DNA of 64,000 bases from Heterodontus francisci (lineage: Eukaryota), in assembly GCF_036365525.1 (NCBI RefSeq), contig NC_090411.1, positions 31,636,432-31,700,431 on the forward strand. The letters run 5' to 3'. Under the pieces are notes generated by a model that searched no databases, was not told the DNA's origin, and saw only the letters and a program-made list of their open reading frames with translations. Of the stretch, positions 48,301 through 63,610 are shown in pieces. The stretch's first letter is position 1; each line of letters opens with the position of its first letter. A program made the translations under genes and the position numbers.

Positions 48301-48520
48301 CTTAACCGTTACTGCTAGCAGGCTGAGTTCAAACAACAGCAATCTAACCACTTCCCTTACAAGCTCTTGTATTTATACTACTTGGTCAACCAGCCTTCAA
48401 ACAGGGAATGACATCTAAATGATGATTGACAATCCCTGATAGCCAATCAGGAATCTTCCATGAATCTAAGCACCAATTAAGGAGAGGGGGTGGGGTGTGA
48501 TACCCAGAACCAATCAGGGA
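48301..48520 (-). promoter_or_regulatory. Ferritin E 5'UTR and promoter
   Basis: TATAAAT, TGACATC, TGATTGACAA-N10-CCAAT and two more CCAAT boxes. Confidence 0.7.
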
Positions 48521-49338
48521 TGTGGAATACTGGCAGATTTGGATGACTGTTCTATGATTGGAACAAAGGAGCAGGAAGAGGCCATTCAGCCCCTCAAGGC
48601 TGTTCCACCATTTAATTAGACAATGGCAGGCCTGGGTCTCAGTACTATTTGCCTGTCTTGGTTCTATAGCCCTTCACAACCTTACCTCACAAAAACCTAA
48701 TAGTCTCAGTTTTGAAATGTTTAATTGATCCACTTTGGTGGGGGTGGTGGAGAGGAGTTCCATTTCCCTTTTCATGAAGAAATGCTTCCTAACATCATCC
48801 TTGAACTGCCTCGCTCTAATCTGAAGATTATACCCCCTGTTCGAGAGGAAATAGTTTCTCTATATCTACCTTATTAAATCCATTAATCACCTCAATTATA
48901 ATCATCCCTTAATCTTCTGTACTCGAGGGAATACAAAACTAGTCTGCGCAAACGGTCTTTATAATTTAACCGATTTGCCTCTGGTATCATTCTGGTGAAT
49001 CTGTGCTGCACTCCCTCCAAGGCCAATATATCAGAACTGAACACAGTACTCCAGATGTAGTCTAACCAGAGCTTTATATCATGGTAGCATAACCTTCACT
49101 TTATATTACAGCTCCCTTGAGATGAAGACTATTCTAATGGTCTTTTTAGTTCATTTTTGTACCTATCCACTTGTTTTTTTAGTAATTCCTGTACATGGAC
49201 CCCTTAATCTCTCTGCTCCTCCACAGTTCCCCTCTCCTTCCCATTTAGAACAAAGAACAAAGATAAAGAACAAAGATAATTACAGCACAGGAACAGGCCC
49301 TTCGGCCCTCCAAGCCTGCGCCGATCCAGATCCTCTCT

Positions 49339-52293
49339 CTAAACATGTCGCCTATTTTCTAAGCTTCTGTATCTCTTTTCTTCCTGCCCATTCATGTATC
49401 TGTCTAGATACATCTTAAAAGACTCCATCGTGCCCGCATCTACCACCTCCGCTGGCAATGCGTTCCAGGTGCCCACCACCCTCTGCGTAAAGAACTTTCC
49501 ACGCATATCCCCCCTAAACTTTTCCCCTTTCACTTTGAACTCGTGTCCTCTAGTAATTGAAACCCCCACTCTGGGAAAAAGCTTCTTGCTATCCACCCTG
49601 TCTATACCTCTCATGATTTTGTACACCTCAATCAGGTCCCCCCTCAACCTCCGTCTTTCTAATGAAAATAATCCTAATCTACTCAACCTCTCTTCATAGC
49701 TAGCGCCCTCCATACCAGGCAACATCCTGGTGAACCTCCTCTGCACCCTTTCCAAAGCATCCACATCCTTTTGATAATGTGGCGACCAGAACTGTACGCA
49801 GTATTCCAAATGTGGCCGAACCAAAGTCCTATACAACTGTAACATGACCTGCCAACTCTTGTACTCAATGCCCCGTCCGATGAAGGAAAGCATGCCGTAT
49901 GCCTTCTTGACCACTCTATTTACCTGCGTTGCCACCTTCAGGGAACAGTGGACCTGAACACCCAAATCTCTCTGGACATCAATTTTCCCCAGGACTTTTC
50001 CATTTACTGTATAGTTCACTCTTGAATTGGATCTTCCAAAATGCATCACCTCGCATTTGCCCTGATTGAACTCCATCTGCCATTTCTCTGCCCAACTCTC
50101 CAATCTATCTATATTCTGCTGTATTCTCTGACAGTCCCCTTCACTATCTGCTACTCCACCAATCTTAGTGTCGTCTGCAAATTTGCTAATCAGTCCACCT
50201 ATACTTTCCTCCAAATCATTAATGTATATCACAAACAACAGTGGTCCCAGCACGGATCCCTGTGGAACTCCACTGGTCACACGTCTCCATTTTGAGAAAC
50301 TCCCTTCTACTGCTACTCTCTGTCTCCTGTTGCCCAGCCAGTTCTTTATCCATCTAGCTAGTACACCTTGGACCCCAAGCGCCTTCACTTTCTCCATCAG
50401 CCTGCCATGGGGAACCTTATCAAACGCCTTACTGAAGTCCATGTATATGACATCGACAGCCCTTCCGTCATCAATCAACTTTGTCACTTCCTCAAAGAAT
50501 TCTATTAAGTTGGTTAGACATGACCTTCCCTGCACAAAACCATGTTGCCTATCACTGATGAGCCCATTTTCTTCCAAATGGGAATAGATCCTATCCCTCA
50601 GTATCTTCTCCAGCAGCTTCCCTACCACTGACGTCAGGCTCACCGGTCTATAATTACCTGGATTATCCCTGCTACCCTTCTTAAACAAGGGGACAACATT
50701 AGCAATTCTCCAGTCCTCCGGGACCTCACCCGTGTTTAAGGATGCTGCAAAGATATCTGTTAAGGCCCCAGCTATTTCCTCTCTCGCTTCCCTCAGTAAC
50801 CTGGGATAGATCCCATCCGGACCTGGGGACTTGTCCACCTTAATGCCCTTTAGAATACCCAACACTTCCTCCCTCCTTATGCTGACTTGACCTAGAGTAA
50901 TCAAACATCTGTTCCTAACCTCAACATCCGTCATGTCCCTCTCCTCGGTGAATACCGATGCAAAGTACTCGTTTAGAATCTCACCCATTTTCTCTGAGTC
51001 CAAGCATAACATTCCTCCTTTGTCCTTTAGTGGGCCAATCCTTTCTCTAGTTACCCTCTTTCTCCTTATATATGAATAAAAGGCTTTGGGATTTTCCTTA
51101 ACCCTGTTTGCTAAAGATATTTCATGACCCCTTTTAGCCCTCTTAATTCCTCGTTTCAGATTGGTCCTACATTCCCGATATTCTTTCAAAGCTTCGTCTT
51201 TCATCAGCCGCCTAGACCTTATGTATGCTTCCTTTTTCCTCTTAGCTAGTCTCACAATTTCACCTGTCATCCATGGTTCCCTAATCTTGCCATTTCTATC
51301 CCTCATTTTCACAGGAACATGTCTCTCCTGCACGCTAATCAACCTCTCTTTAAAAGCCTCCCACATATCACATGTGGATTTACCTTCAAACAGCTGCTCC
51401 CAATCTACATTTCCCAGCTCCTGCCGAATTTTGGTATAGTTGGCCTTCCCCCAATTTAGCACTCTTCCTTTAGGACCACTCTCGTCTTTGTCCATGAGTA
51501 TTTTAAAGCTTACGGAATTGTGATCACTATTCCCAAAGTAGTCCCCTACTGAAACTTCAACAACCTGGCCGGGCTCATTCCCCAACACCAGGTCCAGTAT
51601 GGCCCCTTCCCGAGTTGGACTATTTACATACTGCTCTAGAAAACCCTCCTGGATGCTCCTTACAAATTCTGCTCCATCTGGACCTCTAACATTAAGCGAA
51701 TCCCAGTCAATGTTGGGAAAATTAAAATCTCCTATCACCACCACCCTGTTGCTCCTACATCTTTCCATAATCTGTTTACATATTTGTACCTCTATCTCAC
51801 GCTCGCTGTTGGGAGGCCTGTAGTACAGCCCCAACATTGTTACCGCACCCTTCCTATTTCTGAGTTCTGTCCATATTGCCTCACTGCTCGAGTCCTCCAT
51901 AGTGCCCTCCTTCAGCACAGCTGTGATATCCTCTTTGACCAGTAATGCAACTCCTCCACCCCTTTTACCTCCCTCTCTATCCCGCCTGAAGCATCGATAT
52001 CCTGGGATATTTAGTTGCCAATCATGCCCTTCCCTCAACCAAGTCTCAGTAATAGCAATAACATCATACTCCCAGGTACTAATCCAAGCCCTAAGTTCAT
52101 CTGCCTTACCAACTACACTTCTTGCATTAAAGCAAATGCACCTCAGACCACCAGTCCCTTTATATTCATCATCTGCTCCCTGCCTGCTCTTCCCCTTAGT
52201 CACACTGACTTCATTATCTAGTTTCTTACAGGCTTTTGTTACTACCTCCTCATTGTCAACTGACCTCAATTGGTTCCCATACCCCTGCCACAT
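49339..52293 (-). CDS. CR1 ORF2: AP-endonuclease plus reverse transcriptase (984 aa)
   Basis: EN motifs 'CFNARS', 'AITETWL', 'GDFNFP', 'LDLVL', 'SDHN'; RT motifs 'NYRPVSLTS', 'DFSKAFDKV', 'GVPQGSVLGP', 'FADD'. Confidence 0.96.
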   Translation of the reverse strand: MWQGYGNQLRSVDNEEVVTKACKKLDNEVSVTKGKSRQGADDEYKGTGGLRCICFNARSVVGKADELRAWISTWEYDVIAITETWLREGHDWQLNIPGYRCFRRDREGGKRGGGVALLVKEDITAVLKEGTMEDSSSEAIWTELRNRKGAVTMLGLYYRPPNSEREIEVQICKQIMERCRSNRVVVIGDFNFPNIDWDSLNVRGPDGAEFVRSIQEGFLEQYVNSPTREGAILDLVLGNEPGQVVEVSVGDYFGNSDHNSVSFKILMDKDESGPKGRVLNWGKANYTKIRQELGNVDWEQLFEGKSTCDMWEAFKERLISVQERHVPVKMRDRNGKIREPWMTGEIVRLAKRKKEAYIRSRRLMKDEALKEYRECRTNLKRGIKRAKRGHEISLANRVKENPKAFYSYIRRKRVTRERIGPLKDKGGMLCLDSEKMGEILNEYFASVFTEERDMTDVEVRNRCLITLGQVSIRREEVLGILKGIKVDKSPGPDGIYPRLLREAREEIAGALTDIFAASLNTGEVPEDWRIANVVPLFKKGSRDNPGNYRPVSLTSVVGKLLEKILRDRIYSHLEENGLISDRQHGFVQGRSCLTNLIEFFEEVTKLIDDGRAVDVIYMDFSKAFDKVPHGRLMEKVKALGVQGVLARWIKNWLGNRRQRVAVEGSFSKWRRVTSGVPQGSVLGPLLFVIYINDLEESIGGLISKFADDTKIGGVADSEGDCQRIQQNIDRLESWAEKWQMEFNQGKCEVMHFGRSNSRVNYTVNGKVLGKIDVQRDLGVQVHCSLKVATQVNRVVKKAYGMLSFIGRGIEYKSWQVMLQLYRTLVRPHLEYCVQFWSPHYQKDVDALERVQRRFTRMLPGMEGASYEERLSRLGLFSLERRRLRGDLIEVYKIMRGIDRVDSKKLFPRVGVSITRGHEFKVKGEKFRGDMRGKFFTQRVVGTWNALPAEVVDAGTMESFKMYLDRYMNGQEEKRYRSLENRRHV

Positions 52294-53240
52294 TAGTTTA
52301 AACCCTCCCCAACAGCGTTAGCAAAAGCACCTCCAAGGACATTGGTTCCAGTCCGGCCCAGGTGTAGACCGTCCAATTTGTAATAGTCCCACCTCCCCCA
52401 GAACCAGTCCCAATGTCCCAAAAATCTGAACCCCTCCTTCCTGCACCATCTCTCAAGCCACGCATTCATCCTGACTATTCTTTCATTTTTACTCTGACTA
52501 TCACGTGGCACTGGTAGTAATCCTGAGATTACTACCTCTGAGGTCCTACTTTTTAACTTGGCTCCTAACTCCCTAAACTCTGCTTGTAGGACCTCATCCC
52601 GTTTTTTACCTATATCATTAGTGCCTATGTGCACAATGACAACTGGCTGTTCACCCTCCCCCTTTAGAATGTTCTGCAGCCGATCTGAGACATCCCTGAC
52701 CCGTGCACCTGGGAGGCAACATACCATTCGGGAGCCTCGTTTTCGACCACAGAACCGCCTGTCTACTCCCCTTACAATCGAATCCCCTACGACTATAGCC
52801 CTTCCACTCTTTTTCCCGCCCTTCTGAGCAGCAGAGCCAGCCACAGTGCCATGGACCTGGCTATTGCTGCCTTCCCCTGGTGAGCCATCTCCCTCAACAG
52901 TATCCAAAACGGTATACTTGTTTTGGAGGGAGATGACCGCAGGGGACTCCTGCGCTGCCTTCCTGCTCTTTCTCTGCCTTTTGGTCACCCATTCCCTTTC
53001 TCCCTCAGCAATCCTAATCTGCGATGTGACCAATTCACGAAACGTGCTATCCACGACCTCCTCAGCATCGCGCATGCTCCAAAGTGAGTCCATCCGCAGC
53101 TCGAGAGCCGTCATGCGGTCTAACAAGAGCTGCAGCTGGACACACTTCCTGCACGTGAAGGAGACAGGGTCATCAGCCATGTCCCTGAGCTCCCACATTG
53201 AGCAAGAGGAGCATGATACGGGTCTGAGATCTCCTGCCAT
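52293..53240 (-). CDS. CR1 ORF1: N-terminal CxxC zinc finger/coiled coil plus SGNH (GDSL-like) esterase domain (315 aa)
   Basis: 'CSSC...CRKC', 'VGDSIVR', 'CLPGA', 'HIGTND', 'DGLHL'; its stop overlaps the ORF2 start (TAATG, 52295-52291). Confidence 0.93.
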   Translation of the reverse strand: MAGDLRPVSCSSCSMWELRDMADDPVSFTCRKCVQLQLLLDRMTALELRMDSLWSMRDAEEVVDSTFRELVTSQIRIAEGEREWVTKRQRKSRKAAQESPAVISLQNKYTVLDTVEGDGSPGEGSNSQVHGTVAGSAAQKGGKKSGRAIVVGDSIVRGVDRRFCGRKRGSRMVCCLPGARVRDVSDRLQNILKGEGEQPVVIVHIGTNDIGKKRDEVLQAEFRELGAKLKSRTSEVVISGLLPVPRDSQSKNERIVRMNAWLERWCRKEGFRFLGHWDWFWGRWDYYKLDGLHLGRTGTNVLGGAFANAVGEGLN

Positions 53241-53949
53241 TTTTAATCTTAAGTTTAAACTTAGTTAAATGAAAAAGGAACAAAAAGTTTTTACCAATCA
53301 CAATAAAACCAGAGAAATCGAAAAAGCCTTACCTTATAAACACCCCACCGAGTCCTTTTTTTTTTGGTTAGAGGAGGAGGGCGGGTGGGAGACACTACAA
53401 GTGTGGTGTCTCGGGTTCAGAAACCGCCCAAATATATAGTGTTTTACTTACCCAGCAGCCCCCTGGCCTCCGCCGAAAAACAAAAGGAAATTAAATTTAC
53501 TTTCAAACTGACTTTCCCAGCTGCTCACTCGCTGCTCCCGAAAAAGCTGCTGCACTGAAAGGCTATAAATGGATGACCTCATGTTGAACTCCATATATCA
53601 CAGTTTTGCCTATCAATGTCCCTTTACGACTTTCTGCTCCAATTTACACTTAGTGTCATCAGCAAATGTGAATCTATGGCACTCTATTCGTCATCTATGT
53701 CATTTAGAAATATGATGAAAAGCTGAGACCCCAGTAAAGATCTCTGGGAGAGATTACCAAATACACCCTGTGAATTGGAGCTACTACCCTTATTATTCAT
53801 CTACCACTGAACCATTTCCCTACCAATATTTAAAGTTTCTTCCAATTCCAGGTATCTGTTTTGTCCCAATATCTTGTGTGGAAACTGGTCAATCTTGTAA
53901 ATGATGTTGATCTCTGACATTCAAGTTGGACAGGAGAGGGGGAAACTTG

Positions 53950-55000
53950 TTCAGATCAGGAGGCAGCTCAATGGCCCCTTAAGCCTGTACTACTGTTCAA
54001 TAAGATCATGGCTGATCTATATTGGTCCCAGCTCACTTTTCTTGCCTATTTCAAGAATAGGCAACTCCCCTACAGTTTGAAAATCTGTCTCAGCTTTTCA
54101 GAGATATACAATGACATCCTCCATTGCTCTCAGAGAATGTCAAAGATTCACAACCCTTAGAAGAGATACCTCACCCATCTTCAAGGGGGCCACCCTTATG
54201 CTGCCTAGTTCTAGATTCCCCATGAGGAAAACATCCTCAATCTCAGTAAGAACATCTATTGGGAACCAACCTTTCTTCACAGGGAAACCCCTTCAGCCCA
54301 GCTTCTCTGAACTGCCTCCAATGCATGCATCTCTCCTTAAAAAGGAATAAACTGCATTCTAGGTGTACTCTTGGCCACAGCTTGTACACATGTAACAAGA
54401 CTTGCCTAATTTTATAGGCCATTCCCCTTGGAATAAAGGCAAAACATTCCATTTGCCATCCTAGCTGTGTTCCATACATGAGGACACAGTCCTCTGTAGT
54501 ACAGCAGTTTGTTGTCTTGCCATTTAAGTATTTGGCTTCTCTATTCTTCCTACCAAAATGGAGAACCTCAGGTTTCCAATTTCCCTCTGCCAATTTTCCC
54601 CCCGCCCACTCATCAATATTTCTGCATTCTCAACTTACCTTCTCACCTATTTTCACATCATCTGGAAGTGTGGCTACTAGAACTCACTCCATCCAAATCA
54701 TTGGTACAGATGGAGATAATTAAGGCCCCAGCACTGATCCCTGTAGCAACCACTATTTACAGTTTGCAAATCTGAAAATGACCCTTTTATTCCATTAACC
54801 AATCCTGGCTAATATTACCCTCACCACCATGCAGTGGTATCTTGTGCAGTAACTTTTATGGCACCTTATCAAATGCCTTTGAAATCTAAATACAAATTCC
54901 CATTTATTCACCTTGGCTGTCACATCTTCAAAGAACTCTAACAAATTTTATTAAATAATTTCCTTTTCATAAAAAAAAAGGATGAAGCTCAGCTTGATGT
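53950..55000 (-). mobile_element. Old decayed CR1 relic
   Basis: 'EVLHFGRKNREAKYLNG' and 'AFIPRGMAYKIRQVLLHVYK' fragments. Confidence 0.65.
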
Positions 55001-55264
55001 AGAAAATCTAATGTCCTGTCACTACTTCCCAAGTAGGATTCTTAAAAAGAATGCCAAAAAGTTTCAATGTAAAATGATGTTATATAGCTAGTTACATTGG
55101 CAGTTTGAATAATCAAATCAGTGACTGAATTATACACAGAATCAGTTCAATGATTAATACTTTTATTTCAAAGTACAGGAATAGGGAGAAAACAAAGTTA
55201 ATCACAGACAAAGCATTCACTAGAATTGGTTCACACTTGATTTTCACCATGTATCGAATCCCAG

Positions 55265-58370
<3,106 letters not shown>

Positions 58371-58409
58371 TGTGGAATGCAGGTTGGTTTCCAAGATTAT
58401 TCTGTGATT

Positions 58410-59380
58410 GGAACAAAGGAACAGGAGGAGGCCAATTCAAGTCTGTTCCACCATTCAATTAGATCATGGCTGCTCTGTGTCTTAATGCCATTTACCTGCC
58501 TTGGTTCAATATGATTTCATGATCTTAACTCACAAAAACCTAACAACATCAATTTTGAAATGTTGACTTGATCCATTTTGGGGAAGAGAGTTCCAGATTT
58601 CAATATTCCTTGTTGTGAAGAAATGCTTCCTAATATCATCCATGAATTGCCTAATCTGAATCTGTTCCAGAGGAAATAGTTTCTATCTACATTATTAAAC
58701 CCATTAATTATCTTCAACACCTCAATTATAATCATCCCTTAATCTTCAATACTCCAGGGAATACAGACTGTGCAAAGTGACCTTATAATTTAAGTCATTT
58801 AGCCCTGGTATCATTCTGGTGAATCAGTGCTGTGCCCCCAAGGCCAATAGAACTGAATGAACACAGTACTTCAGATGTGGTTAACCCCAAGCTTTATACA
58901 ACTGTAACATAACCTCCACCACTTTGATTTTCAGCCCTCTAGAGAGACAAACATTGATTTTGTTTCTTCAGTTTTTTTTGTATCTGTCCACTAGTTCTTA
59001 TTAATTTCTGTACTTGGAACCTTGTCTTCACATTAAACTCCATCATTCATAACTTTTTTGCTTAATTTCACTTAATCTATCAATGTCCCTTTGCAAATTT
59101 CTGCTCCAATTTACACTACTAACTGCGCTACCCAACATAGTGGCATCAACAAATTTGCATATACTGCACTCTATTCCTTTATTGATATCAGATAAAAATA
59201 TAACAAAATGCTGAGGCCCCAGTATAGATCCCAGGAAAGGATGACGAGCCATAGTTTGGAGTACATATCCATTATTCCTACTCTGTCTCCTATTTCAGAA
59301 CCAAATCTCCACCCATATTTGAAAATTTCCTCCAATTGCACAGTCTTCCATTTTTCCTTATCTCTTGTGTTGAACCTTGT
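58410..59380 (-). mobile_element. Old CR1 relic shared upstream of copies E, F and G
   Basis: Alignable by eye with 48560-49245 plus 53570-53900 and with 62795-63100; 'GSILGPQHFVIFLSDI..GIECSICKFVDATMLG'. Confidence 0.7.
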
Positions 59381-60315
59381 CCATGATGTATTTGGTGTTG
59401 GCTTTCCTCAAACTGAATCTGTTCAGAATCAGCAATTCATAGTGTAATTGTATGAGTTTGTTAATGGAAATCCCATTTTGCATAATTCAATCCAAATTAA
59501 GATGGCTTGGAAAATTGATGTTACCCCAGGTGGGTCTAGACCACATCAGGGATACCACCCTTGACCACAAAAGATGGAAAGTGAGCCACACTGACTCTAC
59601 AAACCAACCAACAAATTAGGGAAATAGAATATGGAGAAGCTTTAAAGTGAACATTGTTGCTCTGCATCATGCTGTAGAGCTGGAGCATAATCCCCATGGA
59701 ATTTAAGACCTGTAAAGTCACAGTGCACTTGCTACAAAGTGCAAGTCTATTTTGAGGGAAGATTCAGGAGCTCAATTCGTAGGGGTCTCTTACTACCTGA
59801 CCCACGCATCTCCCTGTACTCAAGCTGGACATTGGTAAACATACCCATTTGGTGAATAAGGGTAGAGATATTAAACAAATGGTAGATTAAGATGGTTAAT
59901 TCTAGACTATAATAAGTGGACAAAAAGGTCACATGCAAGTACTAATTGGGTATCCTTTCCCAATATTCCACAAGTTCATAATATTTCATCTACAGCAGCA
60001 AGAACACTTCTGTAGCAGAAACTGCATATTTCAGATACCCTCCACAAGCTTCTCAAAGCAAATTGGGAGATGTGAGTAAGTTATCCTCAGCAGGCATTGA
60101 ACCAAGGTTGGGAGGCTGGCTTGGGAGAGGGAAAAGGTTTAAATGGAATCATTATATAACTAGGCATAATGATCTGAATAATCAAATCAGCTACTGAATA
60201 ATACAAAGATCAGCTCCATGATGAATACTTTTATTTCCATATACAGCAAGGAATGAGAAAACTGGCAATCAAAAAGCATTCAGCGAGTACAGAATTAATA
60301 GTTGTAGAACCCCAA

Positions 60316-62528
60316 TCAACTCAGCGTGTGCTTGTCAAACAGGTACTCTCCCATGCCATTGTCAGGGGCTCCCAGTCTCTTCAGGTTGGTGATGTGATCT
60401 CCAAGCTTCTTGATCATCTTCACTTGCTCATCCAAGTAGTGAGTCTCCAGGAAGTCACACAACTAGAACACGAGAAAAAAAAAAGGGTGAGTATAGTTAG
60501 CTTAAAAAGAGAATCTTCATCGGATAAGATTTATTTTTATTTGCACTGGGATAATGGTGAAAGTACTGTACATGGGAGCAAGACTTGCTTTAGAGAAAAA
60601 GCACAGGCAGTGGGCCAAGTGATCAACACAGAAGGAAATCAGATTCTGTGGCTATATTTAGCCAGACAAGGCCACAATTTACCCACATGTGGCATTTCAA
60701 TTCAATTACACTGAGAGTTAACTCAAGATTGATGCCAGAGAAACCAAGCACCTTGTGAACCATTGAGTGATCCAGATCTACAGTGTAGAAGTCTTTTTCC
60801 TAAAAAGACCTGAAAAACTTACAGAATGCTACTGGAGTTAAAAGGCAGATTCTAATGATCATCTTCAAACCTGAAAACTCATTCCAATATTAAACTTACA
60901 TGAGGGTCAGTGTTGCCAGTGGAGAGTTTGTGCAGATCCAGCAGACTCTGGTTCACATCCTTCTCCATCTGCAGAGCTCTCTGCATTGCCTCCAGACCAT
61001 TGCTCCACTCATCCTGCTCTGGCTTCTGGAACAAAATAGTGGTCCTGTTAGTGGGAGTGCAAAGTCCAAGGGATGTTATGCTCAAGGTCAACAGGGTTAG
61101 CAGTAACAAAGATAATCTGTGCATCCCAATACTATGAGGGATGGGGTTTAATCACTGGGTTGACAGACAATTACAGGACACTGGATCAGTTCATTGACTG
61201 CCATTTTGGCAGAAGCTCCAATCCCAATTTTCTCTCAATCCTAAACTTCATCCGTGGGAAGTCCACAGCTGTGGTCCACATCCTCCAGAAAGTTAACTAG
61301 TTAAGCATTATGTTTGAGCCAATAGTTTACAGTACAGAAATTGTTCCTTCTCAACATCTATTTTTTGACCCTGTATGTATAGAAGATCTGTCATACTAAC
61401 TCATCAATACTAAGAATTTTACTCATTAATCTCTAGGTTGAGAACTTCAGTTATTAGAATAAGGAACAGTCACTGAAAGTATCCAAGTTAGAACATAGAC
61501 TCCTTTAAGTTCAGATCCCAACCTTGATGTTCTCCAAGATGATTCGGCCTCCACGTTTATTCTGGAATTTCATCAGTTTCTCAGCGTGTTCCCGTTCCTC
61601 ATGTGACTGCTCCTTGAAGAACTCAGCAAAGTGACACAGGGCAACATCATCCCGGTCAAAGTAATAGGACTGCAGGTAGAGGCAAAATGGGAAGGGAAGA
61701 GGTCAGATCCCAATCTCATTTATGGCCATGTCAAAAATGGTGGTAGTATCATGGTAAATAAATCACCCATTCTTTACCTCAGAAGAATTTGCTTTCAATT
61801 AAGGGGCTTGGTTTTTCCAAGTTTATGCTGTAAAATACTAAATATGTTGAAATGCTCCTCCCAGTGACATTACAAAAAGCAGTAATACTATTTGGATCAA
61901 AGTTTCATTTCAGCATTTAAACTACATATATCAACAGGACATCCTTTGTCCCCCAATGAAGATACAAGTGTTTGAAAAGTTTCATTCAGTAGAATAAGAC
62001 TTTTAGATTACTGCTTCATGTAAAATCATTACTCATACAAAAAGATTTCAGCACCACAGGATTTACTCATTTACAAAGGGGGAAAAGATAAGCCAGAACT
62101 AGTCAGACAATGTTTCACTAACTATTCACTAAACTTAATTGTTGCCATTCAAGTTGGAAAAGTTAACTAGGTTTATACATCTTCAACATGAATCCTCTGT
62201 TGGAAACATCATGGAGTCTTGGAGTTACTTTCAAAACTGGAAACAAATATTAGAGCAAGGAATAGAGTCCCTGTTTCAAGGGCATTTACTGATTTAAGTC
62301 TAGGGGGAAAACTAGAAATATATATTATAAACCCAACTGATTGACCTAGAGAAATTCTAGCTACTCAAAATGCATTGAAATTCCAGTCTTAACTTTTAAA
62401 CAGGACCCCAAGAAAACAATACACACCATGGAAAGATAAACATAGGAGGAATAGAGCTCCAGGTTGATTTGCTTGTTAACAGCATCTTCACAGTCCTTGT
62501 GGTAGTTCTGACACACTTGAGAGGCCAT
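60316..62528 (-). CDS. Ferritin heavy/middle-type subunit, copy G (173 aa; an extra in-frame ATG at 62531 would give 174 aa)
   Basis: Exons 62528-62427, 61669-61523, 61025-60900, 60462-60316; GT-AG; ferroxidase centre intact; ends DKHTLS*; AATAAA 60235-60230. Confidence 0.95.
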
Positions 62529-62531
62529 CAT

Positions 62532-62750
62532 AATCTTCACTATGAACAGAAGCTAAATTCAAACAACAATATAACTGCTTCCTACCCAAGCTCTTGTATT
62601 TATGCTGCTGGGACAGCCTGCATTCAAACAGGGAATGACATCATTAATGATGATTGACAATTCCAGGTAGCCAGTCAGGAATCGCTCATGAATCCAGGCA
62701 CCAATTAACAATGTAGACGGGCTGTGGGGGTGGACCCAGAGACAATGAGA
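62532..62750 (-). promoter_or_regulatory. Ferritin G 5'UTR and promoter
   Basis: CATAAAT, TGACATCA, TGATTGACAA and CCAAT colinear with the other copies. Confidence 0.65.
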
Positions 62751-63355
62751 GCTGTGGAATACAGGCAGGTTTGGATGATGATACTGTGATTGGAACATAG
62801 GAACAGGAGGAGGCCAATCAGCCCCTCAAGCCTGTTCCACCATTCAATGAGATCATGGTTTGTCTCTTAATGCATTTTGCCTGCATTGGATCCATATTGC
62901 TTCATACCTGTACCGAACAAAAATCTAACAGTCTCAGTTTTGAAATGTTTAATTGATGTCAATATTTTGGGGGAGAGAATTCCAGATTTCCATTTCCCCT
63001 TTTGTAAGAAATGCTTCCTGACATCACCCCTGAATGGTCTAGCTCTAATTTTAAGATGATACCCCCTATCCTGGACTGAGAAAATTGTTTCTCTCTATAT
63101 ACTGTTCTGACCGAGGTGGGAGGAGTGCATTGTTTTTTCTAGTTCCACTTCTCCACAGGTCACAACATATATTTAAATGTTTACCCAGTTACCGATTCGG
63201 TCAATCATAGACTCTATTTTTATCTCAAAATAAAGTGCACCAACCAGGTTTCTTTAATAAACAATAGAATTATCAGTTTATTATAAAAACAGACTTAACC
63301 AGTAACACACAGATTGAAATATGAAAGTTCCCTTTTATCTTAGCCCCTCACACTA

Positions 63356-63610
63356 AAGGCCTGCTTAGGTCATGAAAAAATATCCCAATGCGAACCCAAC
63401 AGAACCAGATCGGACCCGAGCCTGATCCGGCCCGAGTCCCTCCATTTTCTTCCCACGCCCGACCTGACCCGAGCCCGACCCGACCCGACCCGAAGCCAAC
63501 CTGACTACCGGAATGTTCCTTTTACCTACCTTGCGACTCCCAATCTGCAGGAAGCTGCAGGTTGAGCATGATGACGTCATAGGGAAGCTCACTTGCTCAC
63601 TGTGCAGACT
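63356..63610. repeat. CpG-rich (CCCGA)n repeat, probably a DNA-transposon subterminal fragment
   Basis: 'gacctgacccgagcccgacccgacccgacccgaagcc'; preceded by an LTR-like fragment starting 'tgttctgaccgaggtggg' at about 63103. Confidence 0.4.

Larger units (their letters stand above)
49247..53560 (-). mobile_element. Full-length, apparently intact CR1 LINE
   Basis: About 320-nt 5'UTR, ORF1 and ORF2 both uninterrupted, short 3'UTR and (TTCTTTG)n tail at about 49247-49277; sits inside an older CR1 relic that is also present upstream of copy F. No TSD seen; 5' boundary approximate. Confidence 0.92.
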
